Position numbers and translations under genes: made by a program. From Vulcanimicrobiota bacterium (lineage in GTDB: Bacteria > Vulcanimicrobiota > Vulcanimicrobiia > Vulcanimicrobiales > Vulcanimicrobiaceae), in the NCBI GenBank assembly GCA_963771525.1, contig CAVYTL010000001.1, positions 202,457 through 266,456 on the forward strand: a stretch of DNA of 64,000 nucleotides, written 5' to 3'. Positions 48,352-58,372 of the stretch are shown piece after piece (within the stretch, counting starts at the first letter, position 1; the number at the start of each line of letters is the position of its first letter). The notes below the pieces were generated by a model. It was not told the origin of the DNA and did not search any database. It saw nothing but the letters and a program-made list of their open reading frames with translations.

Positions 48352-49815
48352 ATGGAACGGTCCCTCGAACGCATCCCGCCGAAGAGCGCAGACCTCTCGG
48401 AATGGTATCAGGCCGTGTGCTATCAGGCGCAGCTCGTCTCGCAGGCGCCGGTGCGCGGCTGCCTCGTGCTGCGGCCGTACGGCATGGGGCTGTGGGAGCG
48501 TCTGCAGTCCGAGCTGGATCGCCGGTTCAAAGAGACCGGCCACGAGAACGCGTACTTTCCGCTGCTCATCCCGGAGTCGCTGCTGATGAAGGAGGCGCAG
48601 CACGTCGAGGGCTTCGCGCCGGAAGTCGCGTGGGTCACGGAGGGCGGGTCGGAAAAGCTGACCGAGCGCCTCGCGATCCGGCCGACGTCCGAGGTCATCT
48701 TCGGCGTGATGTACGCGGAGTGGATCCAGTCGTACCGCGATCTGCCGATGCTGATCAACCAGTGGTCAAACGTGATGCGCTGGGAGAAGCGCACGCGTCC
48801 CTTCCTGCGCACGGCGGAGTTCTTGTGGCAGGAAGGCCACACCGCGCACGCGAGCGAGTCCGAAGCGGCCGAGGAAGTCGCGCGGATGCTCGAGGTGTAC
48901 CGCGAAGTCGCCGAAGACGTGTGCGCGGTTCCCGTGTACAAAGGCGAGAAATCGGCGTCCGAGCGGTTCGCGGGCGCGAACCACACGTACTCGATCGAGG
49001 CGCTCATGCCGGACGGGCGCGCGCTGCAGTCGGCGACGTCGCACGAGCTCGGGCAGAACTTCGCGCGCGCGTACGACATCACGTTCGCGGCCGAGGACCA
49101 GACGCAGCAGTTCGCGTGGACGACGTCGTGGGGAATGTCCTGGCGCATGCTCGGCGGTCTGATCATGACGCACGGCGACGACCGCGGGCTGCGCATCCCG
49201 CCGCGGATGGCGCCGACGGAGGTCGTGATCGTGCCGATCCCGCGCGGCGACACGGCGCGTCTCGACGCTGCGGCGCGCGACCTGTACCAGCGCTGCAAGG
49301 ATGCGGGTCTGCGGGTGAAGCTCGACGACCGTGCGGGGCAGTCGCCCGGGTTCAAGTTCAACGAGTGGGACATGCGCGGCGTACCGATCCGGCTCGAGCT
49401 CGGCAACCGCGATCTGGACGCCGGCGTCGCGACGCTCGTGCGGCGCGACCGCGCCGTGAAGGAGGAAGGGCAGAAGCAGCAAGTCCCGCTCGACGAGGTG
49501 ATCGCTTTCATTCCGCTCGTGCTCGAGCAGATCCAGCACAACCTCTTCGCGCAGGCGAAGACGTTCTTGCAGGATCACACGATCGCGACGCTCGACCGCG
49601 AGGAGTTCTTTCGCCTGCTGCGCGAGCGCGCCGGCATGATCGACGTACCCTGGTGCGGACGTCCCGAGTGCGAGGCGGCCGTCAAGGACGCGACGAGCGC
49701 GTCGACGCGCAACCTGCGGGCCCTTCGACAGCCTCAGGATGACGCGCGGGCGCCGGTGTGCGTGCCGTGCGGCGAACCGGCGCGGTACCAGGCCTATTTC
49801 GCGCAAGCGTACTAG
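48352..49815 (+). CDS. proS: Proline--tRNA ligase (eukaryote/archaea-like type)
   Basis: RPTSE, NVMRWE..PFLRTAEFLWQEGHT, TSWG, C-terminal Cys cluster and terminal AQAY; alternative TTG start 48346. Confidence 0.98.
   Translation: MERSLERIPPKSADLSEWYQAVCYQAQLVSQAPVRGCLVLRPYGMGLWERLQSELDRRFKETGHENAYFPLLIPESLLMKEAQHVEGFAPEVAWVTEGGSEKLTERLAIRPTSEVIFGVMYAEWIQSYRDLPMLINQWSNVMRWEKRTRPFLRTAEFLWQEGHTAHASESEAAEEVARMLEVYREVAEDVCAVPVYKGEKSASERFAGANHTYSIEALMPDGRALQSATSHELGQNFARAYDITFAAEDQTQQFAWTTSWGMSWRMLGGLIMTHGDDRGLRIPPRMAPTEVVIVPIPRGDTARLDAAARDLYQRCKDAGLRVKLDDRAGQSPGFKFNEWDMRGVPIRLELGNRDLDAGVATLVRRDRAVKEEGQKQQVPLDEVIAFIPLVLEQIQHNLFAQAKTFLQDHTIATLDREEFFRLLRERAGMIDVPWCGRPECEAAVKDATSASTRNLRALRQPQDDARAPVCVPCGEPARYQAYFAQAY
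49721..49743. repeat. Copy of the 23-bp repeat (reverse orientation) inside proS
   Basis: CCCTTCGACAGCCTCAGGATGAC, translated (A)LRQPQDD. Confidence 0.85.
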
Positions 49816-50341
49816 CGCGCTCGCGGCGCTCGTCGTCGTCCTGAGCTTCGGCTGTCCGCAGCGTCTCGACGCGTCGAACGGCGACCCCCGCGTGATCGGC
49901 CGCAGCTTCGGCGGCGATGTCGACACGGCGCGTCGCGTCGCATCGCGGCTGCTCGCGCGTCCGCTTGCGGCACAGCTCCTCCGCGTGCGGTGCGAGCGTT
50001 CGGGCGGTCACGTCGACTGCGGCCTGATCGTGTCGGGCACCAGGTTCCACCGCACGCTCGACCTCGCCGGCTGGAACGCGGAGATCGCGGGCTTGATCGA
50101 CGGTGCGTACGCCGCGGTCCCGGCGCTCGACGAGGTCGATTGCTGGGCGACGGTCCCGATCGATGCAGGCAAGGGAACCGTCGTCAGCGGCGACTTCGCG
50201 CAACCGACGACCGCCGACGTGTTCTCGATCACCATTCCGCGTGCGGCACGAGCGCGCGTGCGCTCTCGGCTCGCGGCCGGGACCGGCGTCTTCTGGGACC
50301 CGGCCTTTCACGCGTCGCTGTCGAAGGGGACGCGCGGATGA
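49739..50341 (+). CDS. Hypothetical exported protein (start uncertain)
   Basis: Fills the proS-peptidase gap; hydrophobic ALAALVVVLSFGC segment; stop coupled to next ATG. Confidence 0.6.
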   Translation: MTRGRRCACRAANRRGTRPISRKRTSALAALVVVLSFGCPQRLDASNGDPRVIGRSFGGDVDTARRVASRLLARPLAAQLLRVRCERSGGHVDCGLIVSGTRFHRTLDLAGWNAEIAGLIDGAYAAVPALDEVDCWATVPIDAGKGTVVSGDFAQPTTADVFSITIPRAARARVRSRLAAGTGVFWDPAFHASLSKGTRG

Positions 50342-51597
50342 TCCGAACGACGACGCTTCCGAACGGCCTGCGCGTGCTGACGGAGCGCATGACCCACGTG
50401 CGCTCGGCCACCGTGGGCGTATGGTGCGACGTCGGGTCGGCGTTCGAGCCGGCTGAGCGCCGGGGCATCTCGCACCTGCTCGAGCACATGGTCTTCAAGG
50501 GCACCGCGCGGCGTACCGCGCGCGACATCGCGGAGCAGATGGACGCCGTCGGCGGCGAGCTCAACGCCATGACGGACAAAGAGTCGACGTGCTTCTACGC
50601 GCACGTCGTCGACCGCCATCTGCCGCTCGCCGTCGACGTGCTGGCCGACATGCTGCAGTTCGCGCGCTTCGACGCCGACGATCTGTCGCGCGAGCGCGAG
50701 GTCGTGCTCGAAGAGATCAAGATGTACGACGACTCGCCGGCGGAGGTCGTCCACGACCGGTTCGCCCGCGCGCTGTGGCGCGGCGCGAACCTCGGCGATC
50801 CGACGATCGGCTTCGCGCACACGGTCCGCGCGATCTCGCGCGACGACCTGGTCGGCTGGCGTTCCGCGAGGTATGCGCCCTCGACCGTGTTCATCACGGC
50901 AGCCGGCAACGTCGATCACGACGCCGTCGTTCGACACGTCGAGGATGCGTTCGGCAGGTTCGGCGGCGACGCGCTGCCGCCGGGGCCCGAGCGCCCGCGC
51001 TTCACCGCGGCGATCGACGTCGCGATCGACGACACGGAGCAGGCGTACGTGCTGCTCGGCACGCCCGGCCTCGGCCTGCGCGACGAGCGCCGCTACACCT
51101 TCTCGGTGCTCGACACGATCCTCGGCGGCGGTATGTCGAGCCGGCTGTTCCAGAGCGTGCGCGAAGAACGCGGCCTGGCGTACGAGATCTCTACGTTCCA
51201 GCAGGGATACCGCGATGCCGGGCTGTTCGGGGTGAGCGCCGGCTGCACGCCCGAGCGCGCGCAGGAGTGCGTCGACGTCGTTTCGGCCGAGCTCGACCGC
51301 CTGCTGCACGATGGCGTGCGGGCCGAGGAGCTCGAGCGCGCGCGCGAGCACCTCAAGGGCAACCTCACCTTGGCACTGGAGAGCACGTTCAACCGCATGG
51401 CGCGGCTGGCGCGCAACCTGCTGGTCCACGGACGACAGATCGCGACGGAAGAGGTCGAGGCGCGCTTCGACGCGGTGAGCGCCGGTGAGGTCGACGCGCT
51501 CGCGCGCGATCTGCTCGCGCCGGCGCAGCGCGGCCTGTGCGTGCTCGGTCCCGTCGCGGTGCGGGGAGTACGGCTCCCCGGAGCTGCAGCCGCGTGA
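50338..51597 (+). CDS. M16 (pitrilysin)-family zinc peptidase
   Basis: TLPNGLRV, SHLLEHMVFKGT (HxxEH), LGGGMSSRLFQSVREERGLAY. Confidence 0.96.
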   Translation: MIRTTTLPNGLRVLTERMTHVRSATVGVWCDVGSAFEPAERRGISHLLEHMVFKGTARRTARDIAEQMDAVGGELNAMTDKESTCFYAHVVDRHLPLAVDVLADMLQFARFDADDLSREREVVLEEIKMYDDSPAEVVHDRFARALWRGANLGDPTIGFAHTVRAISRDDLVGWRSARYAPSTVFITAAGNVDHDAVVRHVEDAFGRFGGDALPPGPERPRFTAAIDVAIDDTEQAYVLLGTPGLGLRDERRYTFSVLDTILGGGMSSRLFQSVREERGLAYEISTFQQGYRDAGLFGVSAGCTPERAQECVDVVSAELDRLLHDGVRAEELERAREHLKGNLTLALESTFNRMARLARNLLVHGRQIATEEVEARFDAVSAGEVDALARDLLAPAQRGLCVLGPVAVRGVRLPGAAAA

Positions 51598-52451
51598 GCG
51601 GCGTCGTCAACGCGAACGTCGTGCTCGCCGTCGCGGCGAACTTGATCCCGCAGGCGATCGCGATCGGCGCGTACGCGGCGCGGTACGCGGGCGTCACGAC
51701 GCGCCGCATCGCGACGGCGATCTCGCTGTTCAGCCTGCTCGTGACCGCGAGCCGGCTGGCGGCGCTCTTCATGGTGCCCTCGCTCGGCGCGCTGGCCGAC
51801 GGCACGGCGAACGCCGCGCTGCGCGCGCACCGGACCGTCGTCTCGCCCGACGCGCTGCACGTGTTCGATCTGCAGATGCGCATCATCATCGCCGCCGGGT
51901 CGGTAGGCATCATCCTCGGCGCGCTGATCCTGCCGATGTTCCTCGCGGGGTTCACGCGCGGGATCGCCTCGTTCGAGCGGCGGGGCTCGATCCCGGCCGC
52001 GCTGACCCGGCTGCTCGATCCCTCGGTGATCGGATGGCTCTTCGCGCACCTGCGGCCGCGCCGGTTCTCGCTCGCGGACTTTCCGATCGCGCGCGTGCCG
52101 CGCACGCTGCTCATCTTCAACGTCGTGCTCTTCGCGGTGTACTCCGTCGGCGTCGTCGCGTCGTACTACGCGAGCGTAATCGACCTCGGCGCGCGCACCA
52201 CGGCGAGCGGGCTCTCCGGCCTCGTGAACGGAATCGGCACCGTCGCGTTCGCGCTCTTCATCGATCCGAACACGGCGCTCATCGTCGACCAGACCGTGCG
52301 GGACGAGCGCCCGCGGCAGGACGTGGCGGCCATGATCTTCTGGCTGATCGTCACCGCGTTCATCGGCACGCTGGTCGCGCAGCTCATTCTCTTCCCCGCC
52401 GCGGAGTACATCGCCGCGGTCGCGCACGTGTGGCCCCACGGCAAGCCCTGA
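51594..52451 (+). CDS. amj: Amj (DUF2837)-family lipid II flippase
   Basis: R.AGV.TRRIATAISLF..SR, RTTASGLSGLVNGIGT..FIDP, GTLVAQL..PAA. Confidence 0.8.
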   Translation: MSGVVNANVVLAVAANLIPQAIAIGAYAARYAGVTTRRIATAISLFSLLVTASRLAALFMVPSLGALADGTANAALRAHRTVVSPDALHVFDLQMRIIIAAGSVGIILGALILPMFLAGFTRGIASFERRGSIPAALTRLLDPSVIGWLFAHLRPRRFSLADFPIARVPRTLLIFNVVLFAVYSVGVVASYYASVIDLGARTTASGLSGLVNGIGTVAFALFIDPNTALIVDQTVRDERPRQDVAAMIFWLIVTAFIGTLVAQLILFPAAEYIAAVAHVWPHGKP

Positions 52452-52453
52452 TC

Positions 52454-53119
52454 GTGGACCGAACGCTTCGCATCGCGCTCCTGCTCCTCGCCGCGATCGT
52501 GCTTCCGCTGGGAACGAGCGGCTGTGCCGCCGACATCGCGCACTGGATCGTGAAGCAGCGCAACCACCAAGGCGACGTCGCGCTCGCGCACCGTAACTTT
52601 CCCGACGCGTCGGTGGCGTACCAGCTCGCGCTCAAGATCGAGCCGAAGAACCAGCACGCGCGGGACGGCCTGACGATCGTGCAGCTGCGCCTCGCGCAGA
52701 CGTTCTTCGCCGCCTCGAAGTTCGACGAGGCGATCGACGCGCTCGCCGTCGCGTCGCGGTACTCGCCGAAGGACGACCGCGTCGCGAGCCTGCGCAGCGA
52801 GATCGAGCAGGCTGAGATCAAGCGCGACATCGTCGTCTCGAACTACCCGTCGTACAAGGTCACCGGGCGGGCGCTCTCGCGCGCGTACGCGCAGCTCAAG
52901 ACGGAGAACGACGAGATCCTCCTCGCGCTGCACCGCTTCGACTACACCTACGACACCTCCGATCTCAGCGCGGCGATCCGCCAGAGCTATGCGCTCAACG
53001 AGGAGGTCGCGCGGCTCACGAGCCGCCTGCAGTTGTACCGCCAGCTGGTGGAGTTCGGCGTGCCGGAACACTCCACGGAGAACCTGGCGCCGCCTGCGAG
53101 CCTGCTGCCGCTGCCGTAG
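52454..53119 (+). CDS. TPR-containing putative lipoprotein
   Basis: Signal ending TSGC; TPR-like AYQLALKIEPKN..A. Confidence 0.7.
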   Translation: MDRTLRIALLLLAAIVLPLGTSGCAADIAHWIVKQRNHQGDVALAHRNFPDASVAYQLALKIEPKNQHARDGLTIVQLRLAQTFFAASKFDEAIDALAVASRYSPKDDRVASLRSEIEQAEIKRDIVVSNYPSYKVTGRALSRAYAQLKTENDEILLALHRFDYTYDTSDLSAAIRQSYALNEEVARLTSRLQLYRQLVEFGVPEHSTENLAPPASLLPLP

Positions 53120-53197
53120 CGCGCGTGCGGCGCGACTGCGGGCGCCACCGAACACGCCACGCCGCCGTGGGAGACGACCCTCGAGGACTGGTACGTC

Positions 53198-54891
53198 TCA
53201 CGTTGCCGCGCCGCACGGATCCGGGGTGATCTTCCAGTCGCGGCGCCAGTTCGCGTATGCGCCCGCCATCTCGCGTTTGCGGAACGCTCGCCAGCGATCT
53301 TCGGCGCCGGGCAGCACCTTCGCGGGGTCCGTCTCGTACACCGGCCACGCCGCCGCCGGGTCCGACACCGGGAAGCGCGAGAGCCAGCAGAAGAGCTCGA
53401 GGTTCGTCTGTTTCAGCCGAACGGGCTCGACGGCGATGAAGTAGCGCGCGCCCTTGCGGATCGCGCTCTGCTCGTCGAACGGCGTCCACAGGTGCGGGTC
53501 CTCTTCCCAGCCCTTGCGCCCGATCGTGTACAGGATCGAGGGATCGTAGTGCCCCATCACGACGAGCGCGCCCGGCGCGAGCATCGCGTCGAGCTGCTTC
53601 GCGCGCACGTAGTTCGCCTTGCTCCATCCGTAGTACGGCGCGATCTGCCGATACCCGATCAGCGCGGCGACGATCCAGAGAACCGCAACGCCGCCCGCGC
53701 GAACCGAAAGGCGACCAGCCGGCGCGGGCCATCGCTCGAACGCGGCCGCGCAGAGCCCTCCGATCAGCAGCGCCCCGAGCGGCAGCAGCAAGTAGAGATA
53801 GTAGTCGACGCGCTCGACCGTGACGACCACGTATGCGTACAGGAGTCCGCCGCCGAGCCATCCCCACAGCAGCGCGTTCGAGCGCGAGCGCAGCCGCGCG
53901 AAGCATGCGATCACCGCGAGCGCGAACGCGATCGGGCCGAGCATCGTCGTGGCGAGCATCACGAGCGCGCGCCCGAAGGCGACCGCTTTGAGCGCGAACA
54001 GATGCGGTGAGCCGAGCGCCCCGAGCAAGGACGGAACGACGTGCAGGCGCGTGATGCCGCTGGCCCAGTGCCACTCCGCGTGCGCGGACACGAAGCGGTC
54101 GTACGCGTACAGCGGCACGAACGCGACGGCGGCGAGCGCCCAGAGCTGCGGGCGCGCGAGCGTGCCGCGCACGCCGAAGCGCGCGAGCGCGCACGCCGCG
54201 ACGGGGATCGCCGCCGCGACGGCGACCGGCTTGGCGAGGAAGGCCGCCGCGAGCAGCAGCGCGGGCGCCCACCAGCCGCGCCACGCGGTGTCATCCTGAG
54301 CTCGTGTGTCATCCTGAGCTCGTGTGTCATCCTGAGCTCGTGTGTCATCCTGAGCTCGCGTGTCATCCTGAGCTTGTCGAGGATCCACCGCGCGCACGCG
54401 TACAGCGCGCACGTCATCAAGAACACCATCGCGGTGTCCGGCATGAACGTGCGGCTGTAGTACCACGCGCCGGGCAGGATCGCGTACGCGGCCGCGGCCG
54501 TGATGCCCGCGAGCGTACCGGGACGCCCGGCGAGCGGAAACAGCCAGCGCGCGAACGCGGCGACCACGGGAATCGTCGCGACGCCGAACGCGAGCGAGAT
54601 CAGGCGGCCGAAAATCTCGTGCACGCCGAAAAGCTTGTACAGCGACGCCGCGAGAAACGGGACGATCTGGAGCTCGAGCTCGACGTAGTTCGGCGGCGGA
54701 CCGTCGTAGTCGGTCTGCGGGAACAGCGGGTTGAACTGCAGCTGCGCGAAGTTGCGCGCGATCGCGGCCGTGTCGCCCTGACGCCAGCCCGGGTGATCGA
54801 AGATCGGGTCGTGGATACCCTTGAGGCGCAGTGCCGCGCCGACCGCGGTCACGCACAGCGTCGCGATCCAGAAGCGCCGCCCCTCGGTCAC
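53198..54891 (-). pseudogene. ArnT/PMT-like GT-C glycosyltransferase, frameshifted at about 54380 (may be a sequencing error)
   Basis: 5' half (WRQGDTAAIARNF, GRLIS, SRTFMPD) and 3' half (LAKP, HAEWHW, DYYLY) lie in different frames that meet at the tandem repeat. Confidence 0.8.
54288..54382. repeat. Five tandem 18-bp units GTGTCATCCTGAGCTCGT derived from the 23-bp repeat
   Basis: Units start at 54288, 54306, 54324, 54342 and 54360; last unit ends CTTGTCGAGG. Confidence 0.95.
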
Positions 54892-55328
54892 GGGACGGCC
54901 CGGAACGTCCAGTACTTGTTCACGAAGAAGTTGACGACGATGCCGGACACGGTCGCGCAGAACCACGTGCGGTGTCCGTGCCCGAGCAACGGCGCGACGA
55001 GCGTCGATACGATGAGGCCGACGAACAGCGCGAGCACGGAAACGCTCAGAAACTGCGCCGCCTCGCGGCCCGCGTGACCCGTCGAGCGGAACGTCCAAAC
55101 GCGGTTGAGGAAGTAGTTCGACACGCCGCCCGCGAGAAACGCGATCGAGTAGATCGCGTAGTACGGACCGGCCTTGGTCGCCGTCGGCCCGATCGCTTTC
55201 TGCAGCAGCGTGAAGATCACGAGGTTCACCACGAACCCGGACGCGCCGACGATGCCGAACTTCACGAACTGCCGCACGCCCCGGCGCTCCTTCACGCGCC
55301 GGAGCAGCTCGGAGGCCGGGGCACTCAC
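54888..55328 (-). CDS. GtrA-family flippase-like protein
   Basis: RQFVKFGIVGASGFVVN, SNYFLNRVWTFR, NFFVNKYWTF. Confidence 0.93.
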   Translation of the reverse strand: MSAPASELLRRVKERRGVRQFVKFGIVGASGFVVNLVIFTLLQKAIGPTATKAGPYYAIYSIAFLAGGVSNYFLNRVWTFRSTGHAGREAAQFLSVSVLALFVGLIVSTLVAPLLGHGHRTWFCATVSGIVVNFFVNKYWTFRAVP

Positions 55329-56863
55329 GCGACCCAGTACCAGTCCGCGAACAGCACGGTGAACAGCCCGAGCAGGGGCAGCGAGAACGCGACGTACGCG
55401 TTGCTGAACGTCGGGCGCGCGCCCCACAGCCCGAACAGGGCGAACATCGGGAAGAGCACGAGCGCGAACCGCTGCATGCTCATCAAGCTGCCCGTCGACA
55501 TCGGAATGAAGATCGAGAGCGCCATGTAGACGACGTACGACAGCCTCAGCCGCCGCACGCCGGCGACCAGCACGATCAGCATCAGCAGCGTGAACGCCAG
55601 CTCGAGCACCTCGTTCGCGACCGTCTGCGGCGCGTGCGCGTGCACCATCTTCGCGACGCTGTTCGCGACGGCGGTCCACGGCGGCGCGGCGTGCCGGCCC
55701 CAGTGCGCCTGCACGTGCGAGAAGCGCAGCGGGTCGCCGTTCAGCACCCAGAGGTACGCCATGTACGTCGCGAGCCCGAGCGGGACGAGCACCAGGCCGG
55801 CGAAGGGCTTGACGACGTCGTCGAACCAGTAGCGGAAGAACTCGCGCCCGCCTTCCTTCGCCGCAACGACCCATTCGATCAGCAGCGGAACGGCGAGCAG
55901 GACGCCTTCCGAGCGCGTCGAGGCCGCGAGGAAGCCGATCGCGCCCGCCATCAGCCAGCGCCGCTCGCGCATGTAATAGAACGACGCGACGGTCAGGAAC
56001 AGGAACAGCGACTCGCTGTAGACGGCCGAGAAGAAGATCGCCGTCGGGAAGATCGACACGTAGAACGCGGCGCGCTGCGCGACGTGGCGATTGTACTCGT
56101 GCTCGACCAGCTTGTAGAAGTAGAGCAGTGCCAGAAAACTCGCGGCGTTGGAGACGATGAGTCCCGCGGCGAGCTCCGAGCCCGTGAACGCGCCGAAGAT
56201 GCGGATGAGCAGCGGGTAGAGCGGGAAGAACGCGGCGTCGGTGCCCGAGTAACCGTTGCGCGCGATGCCGAGATAGTGCTCGGCGTCCCAGCGCCCCCAC
56301 ACGGCGAGCAGCGGGTTCGTCGATGCGGCGTAGTGGATACCGGGTCGCTGTCCGATCACCATCGCGGCGAGCTCGGCGATCGCGAGCAGCGGCAGTCGCG
56401 TCATGACGAACGTCAGGGCGACTTCGCGCACGGTGCGGTTGAACCGCGCGGCGATCGCGATCTTCGCGATCACGAACGCGGCGATCGCGAACGCAACCGC
56501 GCGGCCGGTGCCGTGTGCGCCGCTCGGCGCGAGCAGGGTCGCCCAGAGCAGCACGATCGGGGACCAGGAAACCGCGTCGAACCGCAGCGCCGCGATCTCG
56601 TCGACGCGCGCGCGCCGCGCGAAGTAACGCCCGTACGCGATCCAACCGGCGTAGACCCCGGCGATGCCGAGAATCAGCGATCCGACGAGCGTTACTTCGA
56701 GGAAGGCCGGACCGTGCGGCGCGTGCAGCGCGACGGCGTACCAGAGGAAGAAGCCGGTCGTGAGACCGGCGACGCCGACCGTCGCGACGGCCGGGCGCCC
56801 GACGGCGGCCACGAACGCGGCGGGTTTCGACCGGGCGGCCGATCCGGCGAGGGCGACTTCCAC
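55325..56863 (-). CDS. PIG-V/GT76-like polyprenol-phosphate mannosyltransferase (GT-C)
   Basis: RWDAEHYLGIARNGY..AFFPLYP, FPTAIFFSAVYSESLF, TRSEG, GDPL.F..QAHWGR. Confidence 0.9.
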   Translation of the reverse strand: MEVALAGSAARSKPAAFVAAVGRPAVATVGVAGLTTGFFLWYAVALHAPHGPAFLEVTLVGSLILGIAGVYAGWIAYGRYFARRARVDEIAALRFDAVSWSPIVLLWATLLAPSGAHGTGRAVAFAIAAFVIAKIAIAARFNRTVREVALTFVMTRLPLLAIAELAAMVIGQRPGIHYAASTNPLLAVWGRWDAEHYLGIARNGYSGTDAAFFPLYPLLIRIFGAFTGSELAAGLIVSNAASFLALLYFYKLVEHEYNRHVAQRAAFYVSIFPTAIFFSAVYSESLFLFLTVASFYYMRERRWLMAGAIGFLAASTRSEGVLLAVPLLIEWVVAAKEGGREFFRYWFDDVVKPFAGLVLVPLGLATYMAYLWVLNGDPLRFSHVQAHWGRHAAPPWTAVANSVAKMVHAHAPQTVANEVLELAFTLLMLIVLVAGVRRLRLSYVVYMALSIFIPMSTGSLMSMQRFALVLFPMFALFGLWGARPTFSNAYVAFSLPLLGLFTVLFADWYWVA

Positions 56864-56933
56864 GGTCCCGGTCGTTCCGCGCGCACTGCGTCGGTCGCCT
56901 GCATGGATCGCGGAACCGTCCCGGGCAAGCTAG

Positions 56934-58371
56934 GTGTCACAACTCACGGGGCAACCAGGGAGCAGCGTCATTCCGAATCGTTTCGATCTCATCGTCGTGG
57001 GCGCGGGCAGCGGCGGCTACGCGGCCGCACGCACGGCACGCGATCTCGGCGCGAACGTCGCGCTCGTCGATCGCGGTCCGCTCGGCGGGCTGTGCATCCT
57101 GCGCGGCTGCATGCCGTCGAAGACGCTCATCGCGACGGGCGACCTGCTGCACGCGATCCGGACGTCGGGCGAGCTCGCCGTACGCGCGGACGAGCCGCAG
57201 CTCGACTTCCGCGCGCTCGCGGAACGCAAGCGCCGCCTCGTGCAGGGCTGGGCGGACTACCGCGTCGCCGGGATCGAGACGTTCCCACTGTTCCGCGGCG
57301 ACGCATGGTTCGAGTCGGCGACGACGCTTCGCGTCGGGGACGACGTCCTGTACGCACCGCGGTTCGTCATCGCGACCGGAAGCAGCGTCGTGCCTGCGGC
57401 GGTGCCGGGTCTCGCGGAGGCGGGCTACATCGACAGCGACGCGGCGCTCGATCTGGAAGCGCCGCCGCGCTCCCTCGTCGTGCTCGGCGGCGGCTACGTC
57501 GGCTGCGAGCTGAGCCAGTTCTTCCACCGTGCCGGCGTGCCCGTGTCGATCCTGATCCGCTCCCAGCAGCTGCTGTCGGGCGAAGACCGCGACGTCGGCC
57601 TCGGCCTGACGGAATATTTCCGCGAAGAGGGCATCCGCGTCGAGAGCGGCGCGCAGGTACAGCGCGTCGTCGTACGAGACGGCATGAAGGTCGTGCAGTA
57701 CGCGCAGAACGGCGCCGAGCACGAGGTCTCGGCGCATGAGAATCTTCTACGCGCTCGGCCGCGTGCCGAACGTGTGCGACATGAATCTCGACGCGGCCGG
57801 TGTCGAACACCACGACATCACCGGCATCCCGGTCGACGACACGCTGCGCACCTCGAACCCCGACGTCTTCGCCGTCGGTGATGTGACCGGACGGTTCCCG
57901 CTCGTTCACGTCGCGATCCAGCAGGGCGAGATCGCCGGCCGCAACGCCGCGACCGGTGCGCGCGAGCGCGCCGACTACCGCATCTCGAAGACGCACACGA
58001 TCTTCACCGATCCGCAAGTCGCGGTCGTGGGCGAGACGGAGCGCGAGCTCGACGCCGCGGGCGTTCCGTACCTGAAAGCGTCGTACGCATTCGAAGAGCA
58101 TGGCAAGGCCGTCGCACTCGGCCGCACGCAGGGGTTCGTGAAGATGCTGGCGTCGCCGCAGGACGGCCGCATCCTCGGCGCGGCGATCCTCGGTCCTGAA
58201 GCGTCGGATCTGATCGAGCCGCTGATCGTCGCGATGGCGTACGGCGCGAGCGTGCAGGACTACGCGCGCATCCCGCACCTGCACCCGACGCTCGTCGAGA
58301 TCCTGACGTACCCGGCGGAGGAGATCGCCGAGCGCCTGCGCGCGATCCCGCCGCTCGCAATAGCGAAATAG
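56934..58371 (+). pseudogene. Dihydrolipoamide dehydrogenase-like flavoprotein disulfide reductase, +1 frameshift at about 57741 (may be a sequencing error)
   Basis: GAGSGG, GGLCILRGCMPSK, ATGS, LGGGYVG in one frame; GRVPN, FAVGD, FTDPQVA, HPTLVE in the next. Confidence 0.85.
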
Positions 58372-58372
58372 C

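Noticed and set aside
49835-50329. Partial matches to the 23-bp repeat (GTCGTCCTGAGCTT near 49835, TGTCGAAGGG near 50320)
   Set aside because: Short and explainable by ordinary codons in GC-rich DNA; not counted as copies
54288-54382. Possible CRISPR array
   Set aside because: 18-bp units are directly adjacent with no unique spacers, lie inside a gene, and no cas genes are present
56934-58371. Mercuric reductase (merA) call
   Set aside because: No C-terminal Cys-Cys pair, no NmerA domain, no mer genes; ends with the HPTxxE motif of lipoamide dehydrogenase-like enzymes
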